From an uncultured Halieaceae bacterium (GTDB lineage: Bacteria > Pseudomonadota > Gammaproteobacteria > Pseudomonadales > Halieaceae): a stretch of 64,000 nt of DNA. The stretch spans positions 56,019 to 120,018 of the forward strand of contig CALJGI010000015.1 in assembly GCA_938074045.1 (NCBI GenBank). Reading direction: 5' to 3'. This document shows, piece after piece, positions 20,939-30,452 of the stretch. Both the position numbers and the translations under genes were made by a program. How positions within the stretch are numbered: the stretch's first letter is position 1; every line of letters begins with the position of its first letter. The notes below the pieces were generated by a model that saw only the letters and a list, made by a program, of their open reading frames with translations, did no database searches and had not been told where the DNA came from.

Positions 20939-20956
20939 TCCATTTGCGCCATTCGT

Positions 20957-21448
20957 TTACTGAGCGATAATCTGCTCGGTCAGTTTCCGCAACTCCGGGT
21001 CATCGGCCTGGGAGATATGGGATTTGGCGTGGATCATGCCGTCGCCGTTGATAAAAAATGTCGTTGGCGTACCGGGAACTTGGTAGGCTTTGGCGACAGC
21101 ATCCCCGCCCACCAGCGTCTTGAAACGGTGCCCCCGTGCTCGCAGAACCTCTTCTGGTTTGACTCCCTCATCTTCGGCAAAACTGATCCCCAGCAGCGAG
21201 ACTGCGTCGGTGTGCTCGTTGGCCAACGCTTGTAGCCCCGGCTGGACACGCTTGCAGGCGGGGCACCAGGTAGCCCAGAAATGGAGGATCAGTGGCTTGC
21301 CGCTGTAGTCTGCCAGCGTGACGCGCTTACCCTGCGCGTCCAGCAGGGCAAAGTCGGGAGCTGGATCTGCAGCGTATACGACACTACTCCACTGTAGTAA
21401 CAACACCAATCCCAGCGTGGCGGCAATAGAATGCGTGATTCTGCTCAT
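20957..21448 (-). CDS. Periplasmic thiol:disulfide oxidoreductase (TlpA/redoxin family)
   Basis: It has a WCPAC active site and a signal peptide MSRITHSIAATLGLVLLLQWSSVVYA. I chose the start at 21448 so that the gene does not overlap the upstream transporter, which ends at 21486. Confidence 0.8.
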   Translation of the reverse strand: MSRITHSIAATLGLVLLLQWSSVVYAADPAPDFALLDAQGKRVTLADYSGKPLILHFWATWCPACKRVQPGLQALANEHTDAVSLLGISFAEDEGVKPEEVLRARGHRFKTLVGGDAVAKAYQVPGTPTTFFINGDGMIHAKSHISQADDPELRKLTEQIIAQ

Positions 21449-21485
21449 GGCGATTTCCTGTTTTAGTGCTGCAGTTTTTTCTGCG

Positions 21486-23201
21486 TTAAGTGTCGATTTC
21501 ACGATAGGAGCGCTCGCTGCCCCGCAGCGCGACCAGGCCGCTTGCCACCATCGCAAAGCCCATTCCCAGCGTCAGTATTGTCACGCCCAGGCCGTCACCG
21601 GTGGCGCGCCAGTAGGGCAGCGCATAGGCCCAGAACATGACGATGGAGAATACAATGCCAGCAGTGATGACCGCGAGGGCCACCAACTTCGTCCTGTCCT
21701 GCCGCTGGTTACTCACTTCTTCAGCGGGCGTGTGGTGGAGGCTCGCGCGCAGGCTGTGCTCTTCTTCGCTGACCTGGCTGCGGGCGATACAGAACTCGAT
21801 CGCCAGGTAGCTGGCGATGGCGCCTATCACCAGAGGATGCAGGTACACCGGCAGTTCGATCCAATCCATAAGCAGCGCAAAACGGGCGGCGGCGTTACCC
21901 ACCAGTCCGGCAATAATGCCCCAAAAGGCAGCACTTTCCGTGAGCCGCTTGCTCCAGACTGACATGATGGCCACCAGGCCCCAGCTGGAGGCGTAAATAG
22001 TGCCGACGAAATATGTGATCCAGAAAATCTTCCCTTCCGGTGTGAGGCTGGCAATGATCAGTGCGGCAACGCTGACACCCAACATCGCATACCGCGAGGA
22101 TTTCAGTTGTTGTTTGTCAGCTGCCCCTTTGTCTGCCAGCACATCGTGACTCAGGCTGAAGCCAACCAGCGAGAGAAAGGTGGAGGCGGAGGACATACCC
22201 GCGGCCATGATGCCGGACATCAGTAACACACCAACAACGGGCGGCATAACGTTCATTGCGGCCCAAATCATGCTTTCCTGGGCGGGTTCGATGTCTGGGT
22301 TCAGCAAATTAATGCTGGCACCCGCGAACATGAGCACGGTATAGAGCACCATAATGATCGCTGCGGTGACCACGGCGCTGCGGATCACTGTGTGTTCATC
22401 CCGGGCCAGCAGGTAGCGGCTGGCCTGCCAGGGGCTGACGGCGACCACTGTACCCCAGGCCAGGCCAAGTATGACCGCGTAGGCGACCACATCCCAGGGG
22501 GTGTTCCAGTCAGAGTTCGGGCCCACCATACTGTGCCAGGCAATGATGCCGGGCTTGGTTTCAAAATGGGCCAGTCTGTCGATCACGTTAAACCAGCCCC
22601 CCGCCGCCTCGACAATGTATGCTAGCCCCGCAAAGGCGACTACTGAAAATAATATGAACATGAGGGTGTCGGTGATTACCACCCCGCGGGAGCCGGAATA
22701 AAGGGTGAACCAGGTGTAGCCCATCCAGGTCAGAAACAGCGCAACCTGGAACGACAGACCGGTCGCCGCGTGCACAATGGTCGCTGTGCCCTGGGTGACG
22801 ACGACGAGATATCCGGTCAGACCCAGAATAATACTGATACCGGCCACTGTTTGAACACGTTGGCTATGGAAGCGATGGCCGAAAAATTCGGCGACCGTCA
22901 ATGCCCTGGACCGCCGCAGGAAACGACCAAAAAATAGCGCGCCCGCGATATAGCCCACGATGTTCATAGCGGTCATGATCAACAGCACGTTGGGGTGACC
23001 GGTGTAGGCAATACCCGTCTCGCCGAGAAAGGCGTTGGTGCTCATAAAGCTCGCGACCAGGGTGCCCACGATCAGCAGCGTTGGCGCATTTCGCCCCGCC
23101 ACAAAGTAGTCTTCCAGATGTTTGACCCTGCGGCCGGCGTAACTGCCTACCCCGAAGTAGAGTGCGATAGAAACCAGCAGGCCAATGGTGTAGATATTCA
23201 A
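21486..23201 (-). CDS. Sodium:solute symporter (SSS) family transporter
   Basis: The protein is 571 aa and polytopic, with an N-terminus typical of SSS (YFVAGRNAP). Confidence 0.8.
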   Translation of the reverse strand: MNIYTIGLLVSIALYFGVGSYAGRRVKHLEDYFVAGRNAPTLLIVGTLVASFMSTNAFLGETGIAYTGHPNVLLIMTAMNIVGYIAGALFFGRFLRRSRALTVAEFFGHRFHSQRVQTVAGISIILGLTGYLVVVTQGTATIVHAATGLSFQVALFLTWMGYTWFTLYSGSRGVVITDTLMFILFSVVAFAGLAYIVEAAGGWFNVIDRLAHFETKPGIIAWHSMVGPNSDWNTPWDVVAYAVILGLAWGTVVAVSPWQASRYLLARDEHTVIRSAVVTAAIIMVLYTVLMFAGASINLLNPDIEPAQESMIWAAMNVMPPVVGVLLMSGIMAAGMSSASTFLSLVGFSLSHDVLADKGAADKQQLKSSRYAMLGVSVAALIIASLTPEGKIFWITYFVGTIYASSWGLVAIMSVWSKRLTESAAFWGIIAGLVGNAAARFALLMDWIELPVYLHPLVIGAIASYLAIEFCIARSQVSEEEHSLRASLHHTPAEEVSNQRQDRTKLVALAVITAGIVFSIVMFWAYALPYWRATGDGLGVTILTLGMGFAMVASGLVALRGSERSYREIDT

Positions 23202-23219
23202 GGCGTCGTTTCCCGGGGG

Positions 23220-24002
23220 TTATTCTTCTTTGCCGTTCTGTCTTGCAAAAACGCCAGGAAGATAGTCATCCACCAGAGAGGGTGAATAGCCAATGATATC
23301 TATCAGTCGTCGCCGGCACTCGTTGATGTCAGCGCCGCGATCCCGCCACACCGGTACCCGCTTTACCAGTGTTTCAACACGCTCTCTGGGTGTGATGATC
23401 CAGGTGTCCTGTGGCGTCTCGCCAAAATAAAAGTCGGCACGACAGGTTTCCAATGCGGCGGGTTTCATATACAACGCCATGTTCAGTACCTTGTGGGCGC
23501 CGGAATCTGACATGTAGCCGGTAAGAAACTTCATGGTACCGCCATAGTCGCCGAGATCATCGATCAGCAGCACGGTTCGACCGCTGATGGGTATGGATAT
23601 TCCATGCTGCACCAGGGGCTTTTCGTGGCGTACGCCGGGGCCTTTGTAAAGCGATACGCCGACTGTTCCAAACTTCAGTTTCGGTGCCTGGGGGTCACGT
23701 CCCTCTACCAGATGATCGTAGAGTAATACCCCCGGCAGCATGCCGCCCATGGTGACAATGATCGCGCGGGATATCTGGTCCCGCGTATCCTGAGATTCCC
23801 GCTGATATTTATGAATCTGCTTGGCCACGTCGGCCACAGCCGCGGCTTCTATGGCGTCAGGTATTAACAGGAATCGCAGTTCATCGTCGGGGACGTGGAC
23901 GCCTTCAGGGTTGCGCCAGTACGCCAGGTCCAGATTGCCATTGTAGGCCGCAAGGTGTTTGGCGTAATCGGAATCTTGGGTGGTCATCAAGTAGGACTGC
24001 AT
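23220..24002 (-). CDS. Type I phosphoribosyltransferase (HPRT-like)
   Basis: It has the PRPP-binding motif VLLIDDLGDYGGTM. The start is uncertain (GTG 24023, ATG 24002 or ATG 23987). Confidence 0.7.
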   Translation of the reverse strand: MQSYLMTTQDSDYAKHLAAYNGNLDLAYWRNPEGVHVPDDELRFLLIPDAIEAAAVADVAKQIHKYQRESQDTRDQISRAIIVTMGGMLPGVLLYDHLVEGRDPQAPKLKFGTVGVSLYKGPGVRHEKPLVQHGISIPISGRTVLLIDDLGDYGGTMKFLTGYMSDSGAHKVLNMALYMKPAALETCRADFYFGETPQDTWIITPRERVETLVKRVPVWRDRGADINECRRRLIDIIGYSPSLVDDYLPGVFARQNGKEE

Positions 24003-24125
24003 TGCTTTTTCACAACTTAGCACATTTGAACCAGTCTGCCATTTTCAATGTTTGAACTGCCCGTTGGAATCAAGCTCCGTTACCATGATGCTGAACTTTC
24101 TCCCAGATAATGTGTTAAGACGACT

Positions 24126-24545
24126 ATGGAACAGTCATCCCGAATCAAACCCCCGATGGGACCGGATAACGGCTGGTGGTGGCAGGAAGTTGCCAATGAT
24201 GTATTACCCATCCAGCGCTGTAAGAACTGTCAGGTCCTGCGTCATCCACCGCGACCCATGTGCGATCAGTGTCGATCGATGGAGTGGGATTTTGTCCGCG
24301 CGGGTGGCGGCGGTGCGGTCTTCAGCTACACCGTGTTGGAGCACCCGCAGTTTCCCGGTTACAGCTACCCCATCATCATCGTGCTGGTTGATCTGGAGGA
24401 AGGTACGCGGATTACTGCGGAACTCGTGGACTGCGATCCCGGCGAGGTGGAGTTTGGCATGGCGGTGACTGTCAGGATTCAGGAGGACTCAGATGGATTC
24501 AAGTTGCCGGTCTTTTACCCTGTGATCGCACAGGAGGGTGAGTGA
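24126..24545 (+). CDS. DUF35 Zn-ribbon/OB-fold protein (thiolase partner)
   Basis: It has a CxxC...CxxC rubredoxin-like ribbon (CKNCQVLRHPPRPMCDQC) followed by an OB-fold-like segment. It overlaps the downstream thiolase-like gene. Confidence 0.75.
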   Translation: MEQSSRIKPPMGPDNGWWWQEVANDVLPIQRCKNCQVLRHPPRPMCDQCRSMEWDFVRAGGGGAVFSYTVLEHPQFPGYSYPIIIVLVDLEEGTRITAELVDCDPGEVEFGMAVTVRIQEDSDGFKLPVFYPVIAQEGE

Positions 24546-25714
24546 TGCCCATCAGTATGAAAAATGAAGCCGCTATCGCCGGGATTGGGCAAACCACCTA
24601 TTCAAAAAACTCCGGTGTGTCCGAACTCGCTCTGGCCTGCGAAGCTGTCAGTCGCTGTATTGATGACGCGGGTATCAGTCCGTCAGAAGTAGATGGGCTG
24701 GTGAGTTACACGCTGGAATCCTCTGATGAAATAGAAGTAGCCCAGAATGTCGGTCTGGGGGATCTCACTATGTACTCCCAGGTTAACTATGGCGGCGGTG
24801 CCGCGGTGGGATTGATACAACAAGCCGTGATGGCGGTTGCCACCGGTGCGGCCAACAATGTGGTTGTATGGCGGGCCATGAACGGTCGTTCCGGGCGGCG
24901 CATGGGTCAGGGAGCCAGTGGGGTGATGATGTCCAGCGACCTCATACACTGGTCCTGGTACCAGGTCTACGGCATGTTGACCCCGGTATCCTGGGTCACC
25001 CTGATAGCCAACAAATACATGCATCACTATGGGGTCACGGCGGAGCACCTGGCGGAAGTCGCCATAGCGCAGCGGGAGTATGCGCTTAATAATCCGGCGG
25101 CTTTTGGGTACGGTAAACCCCTCAGTCTGGATGAATATATGAATGCGCGCATGGTGAGTGCACCCCTGCGTCTCTACGATTGCTGTCAGGAAACCGACGG
25201 TGGCTGCGCGCTGCTTATCACCAGCACCGAGCGGGCACGGGATATGCGTCAGTCGCCCGCCGTGATTCGTGCGGTGAGTCAGGCCTCCACTCGTGGCCAG
25301 GAGCAGATGACCAGTTTTTACCGCGACGATATGCTGTCATTGCCGGAAATGGAATTGGCGGCCCGGCGCGTGTATGACATGAGCGGTCTCGGTCCCGACG
25401 ATATTGATGCCGCCTGCCTGTACGATGCATTCACCACCGAGGTGGTGATGCAGCTTGAATCCTTTGGTTTTTGCCAGCCAGGCGAAGCCAAGGATTTTGT
25501 GGCGGATGGGAATCTACGCCTGGACGGGCGGCTACCCAATAACACCCACGGTGGATTGTTATCCGAGGCTTATATACATGGGATCAACAACATCGCCGAA
25601 GGCGTGCGGCTGGTTCGTGGGCAATCCTTTAATCAGCCCGCCAAGGCAGAACATGTGCTGGTATCCAGCGGGGTGGGCGTGCCCACCGGAGCGCTGATTC
25701 TTGGACGGGATTAA
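24542..25714 (+). CDS. Thiolase-like protein (SCP-x / nonspecific lipid-transfer type)
   Basis: The C-terminal motifs NTHGGLLSEAYIHGIN and LVSSGVG are characteristic of SCPx-type thiolases paired with DUF35. The start is GTG 24542 or ATG 24545. Confidence 0.75.
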   Translation: MMPISMKNEAAIAGIGQTTYSKNSGVSELALACEAVSRCIDDAGISPSEVDGLVSYTLESSDEIEVAQNVGLGDLTMYSQVNYGGGAAVGLIQQAVMAVATGAANNVVVWRAMNGRSGRRMGQGASGVMMSSDLIHWSWYQVYGMLTPVSWVTLIANKYMHHYGVTAEHLAEVAIAQREYALNNPAAFGYGKPLSLDEYMNARMVSAPLRLYDCCQETDGGCALLITSTERARDMRQSPAVIRAVSQASTRGQEQMTSFYRDDMLSLPEMELAARRVYDMSGLGPDDIDAACLYDAFTTEVVMQLESFGFCQPGEAKDFVADGNLRLDGRLPNNTHGGLLSEAYIHGINNIAEGVRLVRGQSFNQPAKAEHVLVSSGVGVPTGALILGRD

Positions 25715-25724
25715 CTCGCGCCCA

Positions 25725-26119
25725 TTACATCATCTGCAGCAGTAGCCAGATTGAGCTGATCAGGATAACGAGTAGCGTTGGGAACATGCCTGAGGGTCGC
25801 AGTACCCCGGGACCTATCTCGGTTATACCCAGATAGTGGAGCACGCGCGCTACCACAAACAGGGCGCCAGGCTGTGTAGCCAGGTATCCGATGTTCCAGA
25901 GAGTTCCATCATGGTGAGCAGGATAAGGGTAATGGGCACGGTTTCGACGAAGTTGCCCTGTCCCCTGATCCGGCGCAGCATTTCGTCGTTGCCGCCATCG
26001 CCGATAAAAATTTTGGAGGAGAGGGGGTAAAAGCCAGCCCGCATTGTGACAACCAAAAACAGCAGACCGAGGACAGCCGCATACAGTGGGACGATACTTA
26101 GAGTGGATGGTAGATCCAT
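25725..26119 (-). pseudogene. MAPEG family (YecN-like) membrane protein gene interrupted by a -1 frameshift near 25860-25885
   Basis: The listed 89-aa ORF ends ...DTWLHSLAPCLW*. Shifting frame gives GALFVVARVLHYLGITEIGPGVLRPSGMFPTLLVILISSIWLLLQMM*, which is the expected MAPEG C-terminus. The total span is 395 nt, one short of a 132-codon frame. Confidence 0.7.
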
Positions 26120-26172
26120 TGTTGTATACCCCTGTGAAGCACCACCGTAGCGTCAGTGGTTTATTGAAACTG

Positions 26173-27234
26173 CTAGGTCGCGCTCGCGCCGTAGGTACGC
26201 TTACAGTATTCTAGGCATCCCACCATACCCTCGGCCACGGACACCCGGGGCTCGTATCCCAAGTCTTTGCGAGCCTTGTCGATACTGGCGTAGTGGGTGA
26301 CAGTCACCTTATCAAGTTCATGGGGTGCCAGCATAGGACGCGACCAGTCGAATTTGAAATAGCCCATCTGCCACAAGTTCATGATGGGACGCAACAAGCC
26401 GGTGGGAAGGGTTCTGTTGGGCACCGTGTAACCCAGGCCATCAATCAACGGCCGAAAAAATTCAAAAGCGTGCATGGGCTCACCGTCGCCGATAAAGTAG
26501 GCCTGCCCACCGGCAACGCCACCGGGGACCAGGTGCTGGGCCGCGAGCAGGTGCCCGTCGATCAGGTTGTCGATGTGGGAATTATCCTGCAGCACATCCT
26601 CAGCGCCGATGCGTGCCTTCAATCGACCCGCAACCAGTTGCTCGGCGAAGCTGTCGACCATGGTGTTTGACTCTGAACCCCAGATGCCGTCGGGTCTGAT
26701 GGCGCAGGTGAGCAGGTCGGGATCTGAATTTGCGGCCAGTACCAGTTTCTCGGCGGCTATTTTTGTTTGAGAGTACACCGATTTGAATCGAGTGGCGTAG
26801 GGCTGGCTTTCATTCATATTGGGCAAGGGTTCACCCTCGAAGCAGACATCAACCGTGCTGGTGTGCACAAACCGTTTCACCCCCCGGGCAATACAGGCAT
26901 CCAGCAGATTGAAGGTGCCATCTACATTTACCTGCCAGGCCTCATCGAAATAGGCCTCGGGAACGTGTTTACCACCCAGCAGGCTGATCTGTGCTGCCGT
27001 ATGGAATACAGTGTTCACGCCGTCGCAGATTCGACTCATGGCGGCTGGCTGGGAGATATCAGCACGGAGACAGCTCAGTTTGTCGTCCTGGATATCAAGG
27101 GGGGTTCGGTGCACCAGTGCGCGCACGGTGAGGCCGTGGCCCAATAGTCGCCGCACGAGGTTGCGGCCCACAAAGCCAGCGGCTCCGGTTACCAGGCATA
27201 TACCAAGGTCTTCTGCACGAAAAGGAGCTGTCAT
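26173..27234 (-). CDS. NAD(P)-dependent 3-beta-hydroxysteroid dehydrogenase/epimerase family protein
   Basis: It has the Rossmann motif VTGAAGFVGRNL and the catalytic YSQTK (YxxxK). Confidence 0.8.
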   Translation of the reverse strand: MTAPFRAEDLGICLVTGAAGFVGRNLVRRLLGHGLTVRALVHRTPLDIQDDKLSCLRADISQPAAMSRICDGVNTVFHTAAQISLLGGKHVPEAYFDEAWQVNVDGTFNLLDACIARGVKRFVHTSTVDVCFEGEPLPNMNESQPYATRFKSVYSQTKIAAEKLVLAANSDPDLLTCAIRPDGIWGSESNTMVDSFAEQLVAGRLKARIGAEDVLQDNSHIDNLIDGHLLAAQHLVPGGVAGGQAYFIGDGEPMHAFEFFRPLIDGLGYTVPNRTLPTGLLRPIMNLWQMGYFKFDWSRPMLAPHELDKVTVTHYASIDKARKDLGYEPRVSVAEGMVGCLEYCKRTYGASAT

Positions 27235-27390
27235 TTGCCTGATAAGTCATACCACATAGACCCTTAATGATACGTCAATCGGTGATAATTTGGCCATATT
27301 ATTGTCTCAGTGGGGGTCGAGGCATGTTGATACTGTGACAACGCTGGTAACATAAGGAGCGTACAATAAATTGGTGTTTGAGCGGGGATT

Positions 27391-29535
27391 ATGAAAACAG
27401 ATGGTAAGATTGTCATGTTGAGAATGGTTGTTGCTGCGATTATTGCTATGGCGCTTTCAGCCTGTCGTATCAGCGTCGAGGTCCCCGAGGGTGGCTACCT
27501 GGTGTCAGCGTCCGGTAATTACGACTGTATCGACCCGGATGGCGCGCCACTACCCGCCGCAGCACCGAATGGGCGGGATCGCCACCTGCACCGCCCCGGC
27601 GAGGTCAGCACCCAGCACGATGAGAATTTTCATTGTGAGATTGATGTCAGCGATACCTCATTTAATGAAACCCTCACCGCCGTGGCATACGATGGATGGC
27701 AATTCAGTCACTGGCGCTCAGCCGAGGGCAGTTTGTACGGTGGCACCTCAGCCAACCCCATTCAACTGTGGACCCTGGGTTTTGATGCTTTTCCGGTGCT
27801 GATGGATGTCCTGGCGTCCAACACGACCTACTACCTGGAGCCCATTTTCAAGCGTGTCAGCGCTGATGGCAACGATTTGGCCTGCGACGATTTCAGCGGC
27901 AGTTTCGAGCGCATCCAATCGATAGTATTTGATGGCTACAACTGCACTAATTCCGCCTGTCATGGCGGTAGCGCCAATGCCGGTGGTCTCGATCTCAGCC
28001 CGGCCGTCGCCTATGACAATTTATTCCGGGTCGATTCCACGGCCAACCTGGCGGAGCCCCGGCAGCGTGTTTATCCCGGCGAGCAGAAACTCAGTTTCCT
28101 CTATCAGAAACTGGAAGCGGGTACATTGGGAACCGCATTGCCCACCGGTGGCGGCCAGGTGATGCCCATCGGTGGCTCTGCGCTCTCCGCCGATCATCTG
28201 GAGGCCCTGCGCTTGTGGATTCGCGGCGGGGCACCAGAATTTCAGGATGTAGATAACGTTGCCACCCTGCTGGGCTGCTCTCAGCCCACCCCATCCCAGG
28301 CGAATAAGATTGAACCACCCGCAGCACCCCCGCTGGGCGAGGGCGTGCAGTTTGTCAGCGGGCCCTGGACGGTGGAAGCTGACAGTGAGAACGAGGTGTG
28401 CTACGCCACCTACTATGATCTGGAGCAGACCCCTGGACTGTTACCCGATTGGGCCAAAACGGAGTGTGAAGGCAGCATCTATGCCGACTATGATGGCACC
28501 TGTATGGCCATCAACTCGCAAATCCTCACGCAGGATCCGCAGTCACATCACAGTATTATCGATGTGTATGTGGGCACCGCGACGCCGCTGGATGAATCCT
28601 GGGGTGAATGGCAGTGCTTGAATGGACCCAGCGCCGGTGCCGCTTGCGACCCTACAAAAATCGGTGTGCCGGTGTCACAGGGCGGAGCAGACTGCGGCGG
28701 TGATTTGTACGTCTGCGGAACGCCAGCGCAAAAATCAACAGCCTGTATTGGCTGGGGTCCAAGAGACAACCGCTTCAAACAGGTGAGCATGGGCGGCAGT
28801 CAGGCACCCATATCGGTCAACAAATTGCGCGAGGGGATTTACTCGGTGCTGCCAACCAAGGGCGTGATTGCATGGAATTCGCATGCTTTCAACCTGAGTG
28901 ATCAGGAAACAACGGTAGAACAGTACAATAATTTTACCTTTGCACCCGCGGACGCCAGGGAACACCGTAATCGGGCAATTTTTGACTCGCGTTGGATTTT
29001 TACCGCCAACGTACCAGTGTTTGAACAGCGGACATACTGTTCCACCTATGTCATCCCACAGGGTGCGCGTCTCACCTCGCTCAGTTCACACGCCCACCAG
29101 CGCGGTGTGCATTGGCAGACCTGGTTGCCGCCGAATGACCCAGCCTGTCGCCCGAATACCGGCTGTGAGCCCAACGAGCGCCCGGAGGACTATGTCAGCC
29201 GCATCTACAATGACCCGTTGGAGATTGAATACGATCCACCGCTGGAATTTGATTCCGCTGACATTACGCAGCGTACATTCAAGTATTGCTCCACCTATGA
29301 CAACGGATTTAACTTTCCTGACCTGCTGAAACGCAACTCCACCTCCGTGGGTTCCACCTGTATTGGCAACGCCTATTGCGTCGGTGGTTCCACTCCGGGT
29401 CTGGCCTGCGGTAGCGATGACAGCCTGTGCGGCGATGGCGGTTCCTGTGATGCCTGCCCCGTGGTGGGTGGCGTAACTACCGAGGATGAAATGTTCATCC
29501 TGCTGGGTAACTACTACTTGCTACCGGTGAATTAA
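27391..29535 (+). CDS. Cysteine-rich lipoprotein: PSCyt1-like motif region plus possible PHM/DBH-type copper-monooxygenase-like region
   Basis: It has a lipobox ...MALSAC. Residues 185-282 (CTNSACHGG..GGLDLS....VMPIGG..LSADHLEALRLWIRGGAPE) resemble the planctomycete cytochrome c domain. Residues HH386/387, H498, H567-A-H569-QRG and TTEDEM701FILLGNYY resemble copper type II monooxygenase ligands. Confidence 0.6.
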   Translation: MKTDGKIVMLRMVVAAIIAMALSACRISVEVPEGGYLVSASGNYDCIDPDGAPLPAAAPNGRDRHLHRPGEVSTQHDENFHCEIDVSDTSFNETLTAVAYDGWQFSHWRSAEGSLYGGTSANPIQLWTLGFDAFPVLMDVLASNTTYYLEPIFKRVSADGNDLACDDFSGSFERIQSIVFDGYNCTNSACHGGSANAGGLDLSPAVAYDNLFRVDSTANLAEPRQRVYPGEQKLSFLYQKLEAGTLGTALPTGGGQVMPIGGSALSADHLEALRLWIRGGAPEFQDVDNVATLLGCSQPTPSQANKIEPPAAPPLGEGVQFVSGPWTVEADSENEVCYATYYDLEQTPGLLPDWAKTECEGSIYADYDGTCMAINSQILTQDPQSHHSIIDVYVGTATPLDESWGEWQCLNGPSAGAACDPTKIGVPVSQGGADCGGDLYVCGTPAQKSTACIGWGPRDNRFKQVSMGGSQAPISVNKLREGIYSVLPTKGVIAWNSHAFNLSDQETTVEQYNNFTFAPADAREHRNRAIFDSRWIFTANVPVFEQRTYCSTYVIPQGARLTSLSSHAHQRGVHWQTWLPPNDPACRPNTGCEPNERPEDYVSRIYNDPLEIEYDPPLEFDSADITQRTFKYCSTYDNGFNFPDLLKRNSTSVGSTCIGNAYCVGGSTPGLACGSDDSLCGDGGSCDACPVVGGVTTEDEMFILLGNYYLLPVN

Positions 29536-29603
29536 CAGACCTCCGGCCCAGGGTGTTCCATATATCGCGCGGGAGGTTTAGCTATCCTCCCTGGCATAGA
29601 GTG

Positions 29604-30449
29604 TCACGCGTCCAGGGCGACCTGCTGCTCCTGGTCGATGTCCTGTCGCCACTCACTGAGGTTGGATTCGATCGCCCAGAAACCACATATCCATAGCATC
29701 TGATCCCAGGCATAGACCCAGTGGCCGGTCCACAGCCACCAGGCGGCGTCCATAAACAAAATGGCGTAAAAAAATCGCCCGGCGTGACTGACCGTCATCA
29801 AACGCCCACCGGAGATATTTTTGTTTTGCAGCCACACCGCCAGTTCGATAGCCCAGATGACTAGCAGCCATACCGAGGCATCGATCATGTCTACCAACAC
29901 ATGTTTCCTCTCCAACGCGTAGCCATCGGTGTCGGTAACCACGGTGGGGTCGAGGTAGTAAAAGGTGGTGTCTGTAGAAATGGTTTTACAGTTGTTACTG
30001 TCGATCAATTCGTAGCGATAATTCTCGCCAAATGAGATGTCCTGATCCGTCAGCTGACACAGGGAACTGATCTCAGTGGCCGGCACAACGGCTTCCGTAT
30101 CGATCAGCGTTGTGGCACGGGCGAACACGGTGTGCGCCAGAAAGATATAGCAGACCAGGCGCATGCCATGAATCGACCATATCAGCGGTTTTGATTCAAA
30201 GGCCTCGTCCTCCAGGGCATAAGTTTCCAGTTCAAGCATGAACAGTAGACCGAACCAGGCGAACTCGTCGATGGTGGTGGCGAAGGCCTGGGTCCACTCC
30301 AAAAAAGTGCCGCCATTGCGCAGGGTGTGTGAGGCGATATAGGCCTCTTCAACAGCGTAGTAACCCCAGTTCAGCAGCAATAGCGAGTACACCGTCCACT
30401 TCAGTACCTGGCTTTTATCGGCGTTTTGCCAGCGTTCAGCGATAGTCAC
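29604..30449 (-). CDS. Hypothetical polytopic membrane protein
   Basis: The ORF is 281 aa with several hydrophobic, Trp-rich segments. I recognised no family. Confidence 0.55.
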   Translation of the reverse strand: MTIAERWQNADKSQVLKWTVYSLLLLNWGYYAVEEAYIASHTLRNGGTFLEWTQAFATTIDEFAWFGLLFMLELETYALEDEAFESKPLIWSIHGMRLVCYIFLAHTVFARATTLIDTEAVVPATEISSLCQLTDQDISFGENYRYELIDSNNCKTISTDTTFYYLDPTVVTDTDGYALERKHVLVDMIDASVWLLVIWAIELAVWLQNKNISGGRLMTVSHAGRFFYAILFMDAAWWLWTGHWVYAWDQMLWICGFWAIESNLSEWRQDIDQEQQVALDA

Positions 30450-30452
30450 TGA

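Noticed and set aside
29572-29592. GGGAGG-N9-CCTCCC hairpin between convergent genes as a terminator, and GGGCG-N10-CGCCC at 45196-45215
   Set aside because: The stems are short with large loops and poor U-tracts, so they are not strong enough to list as terminators.
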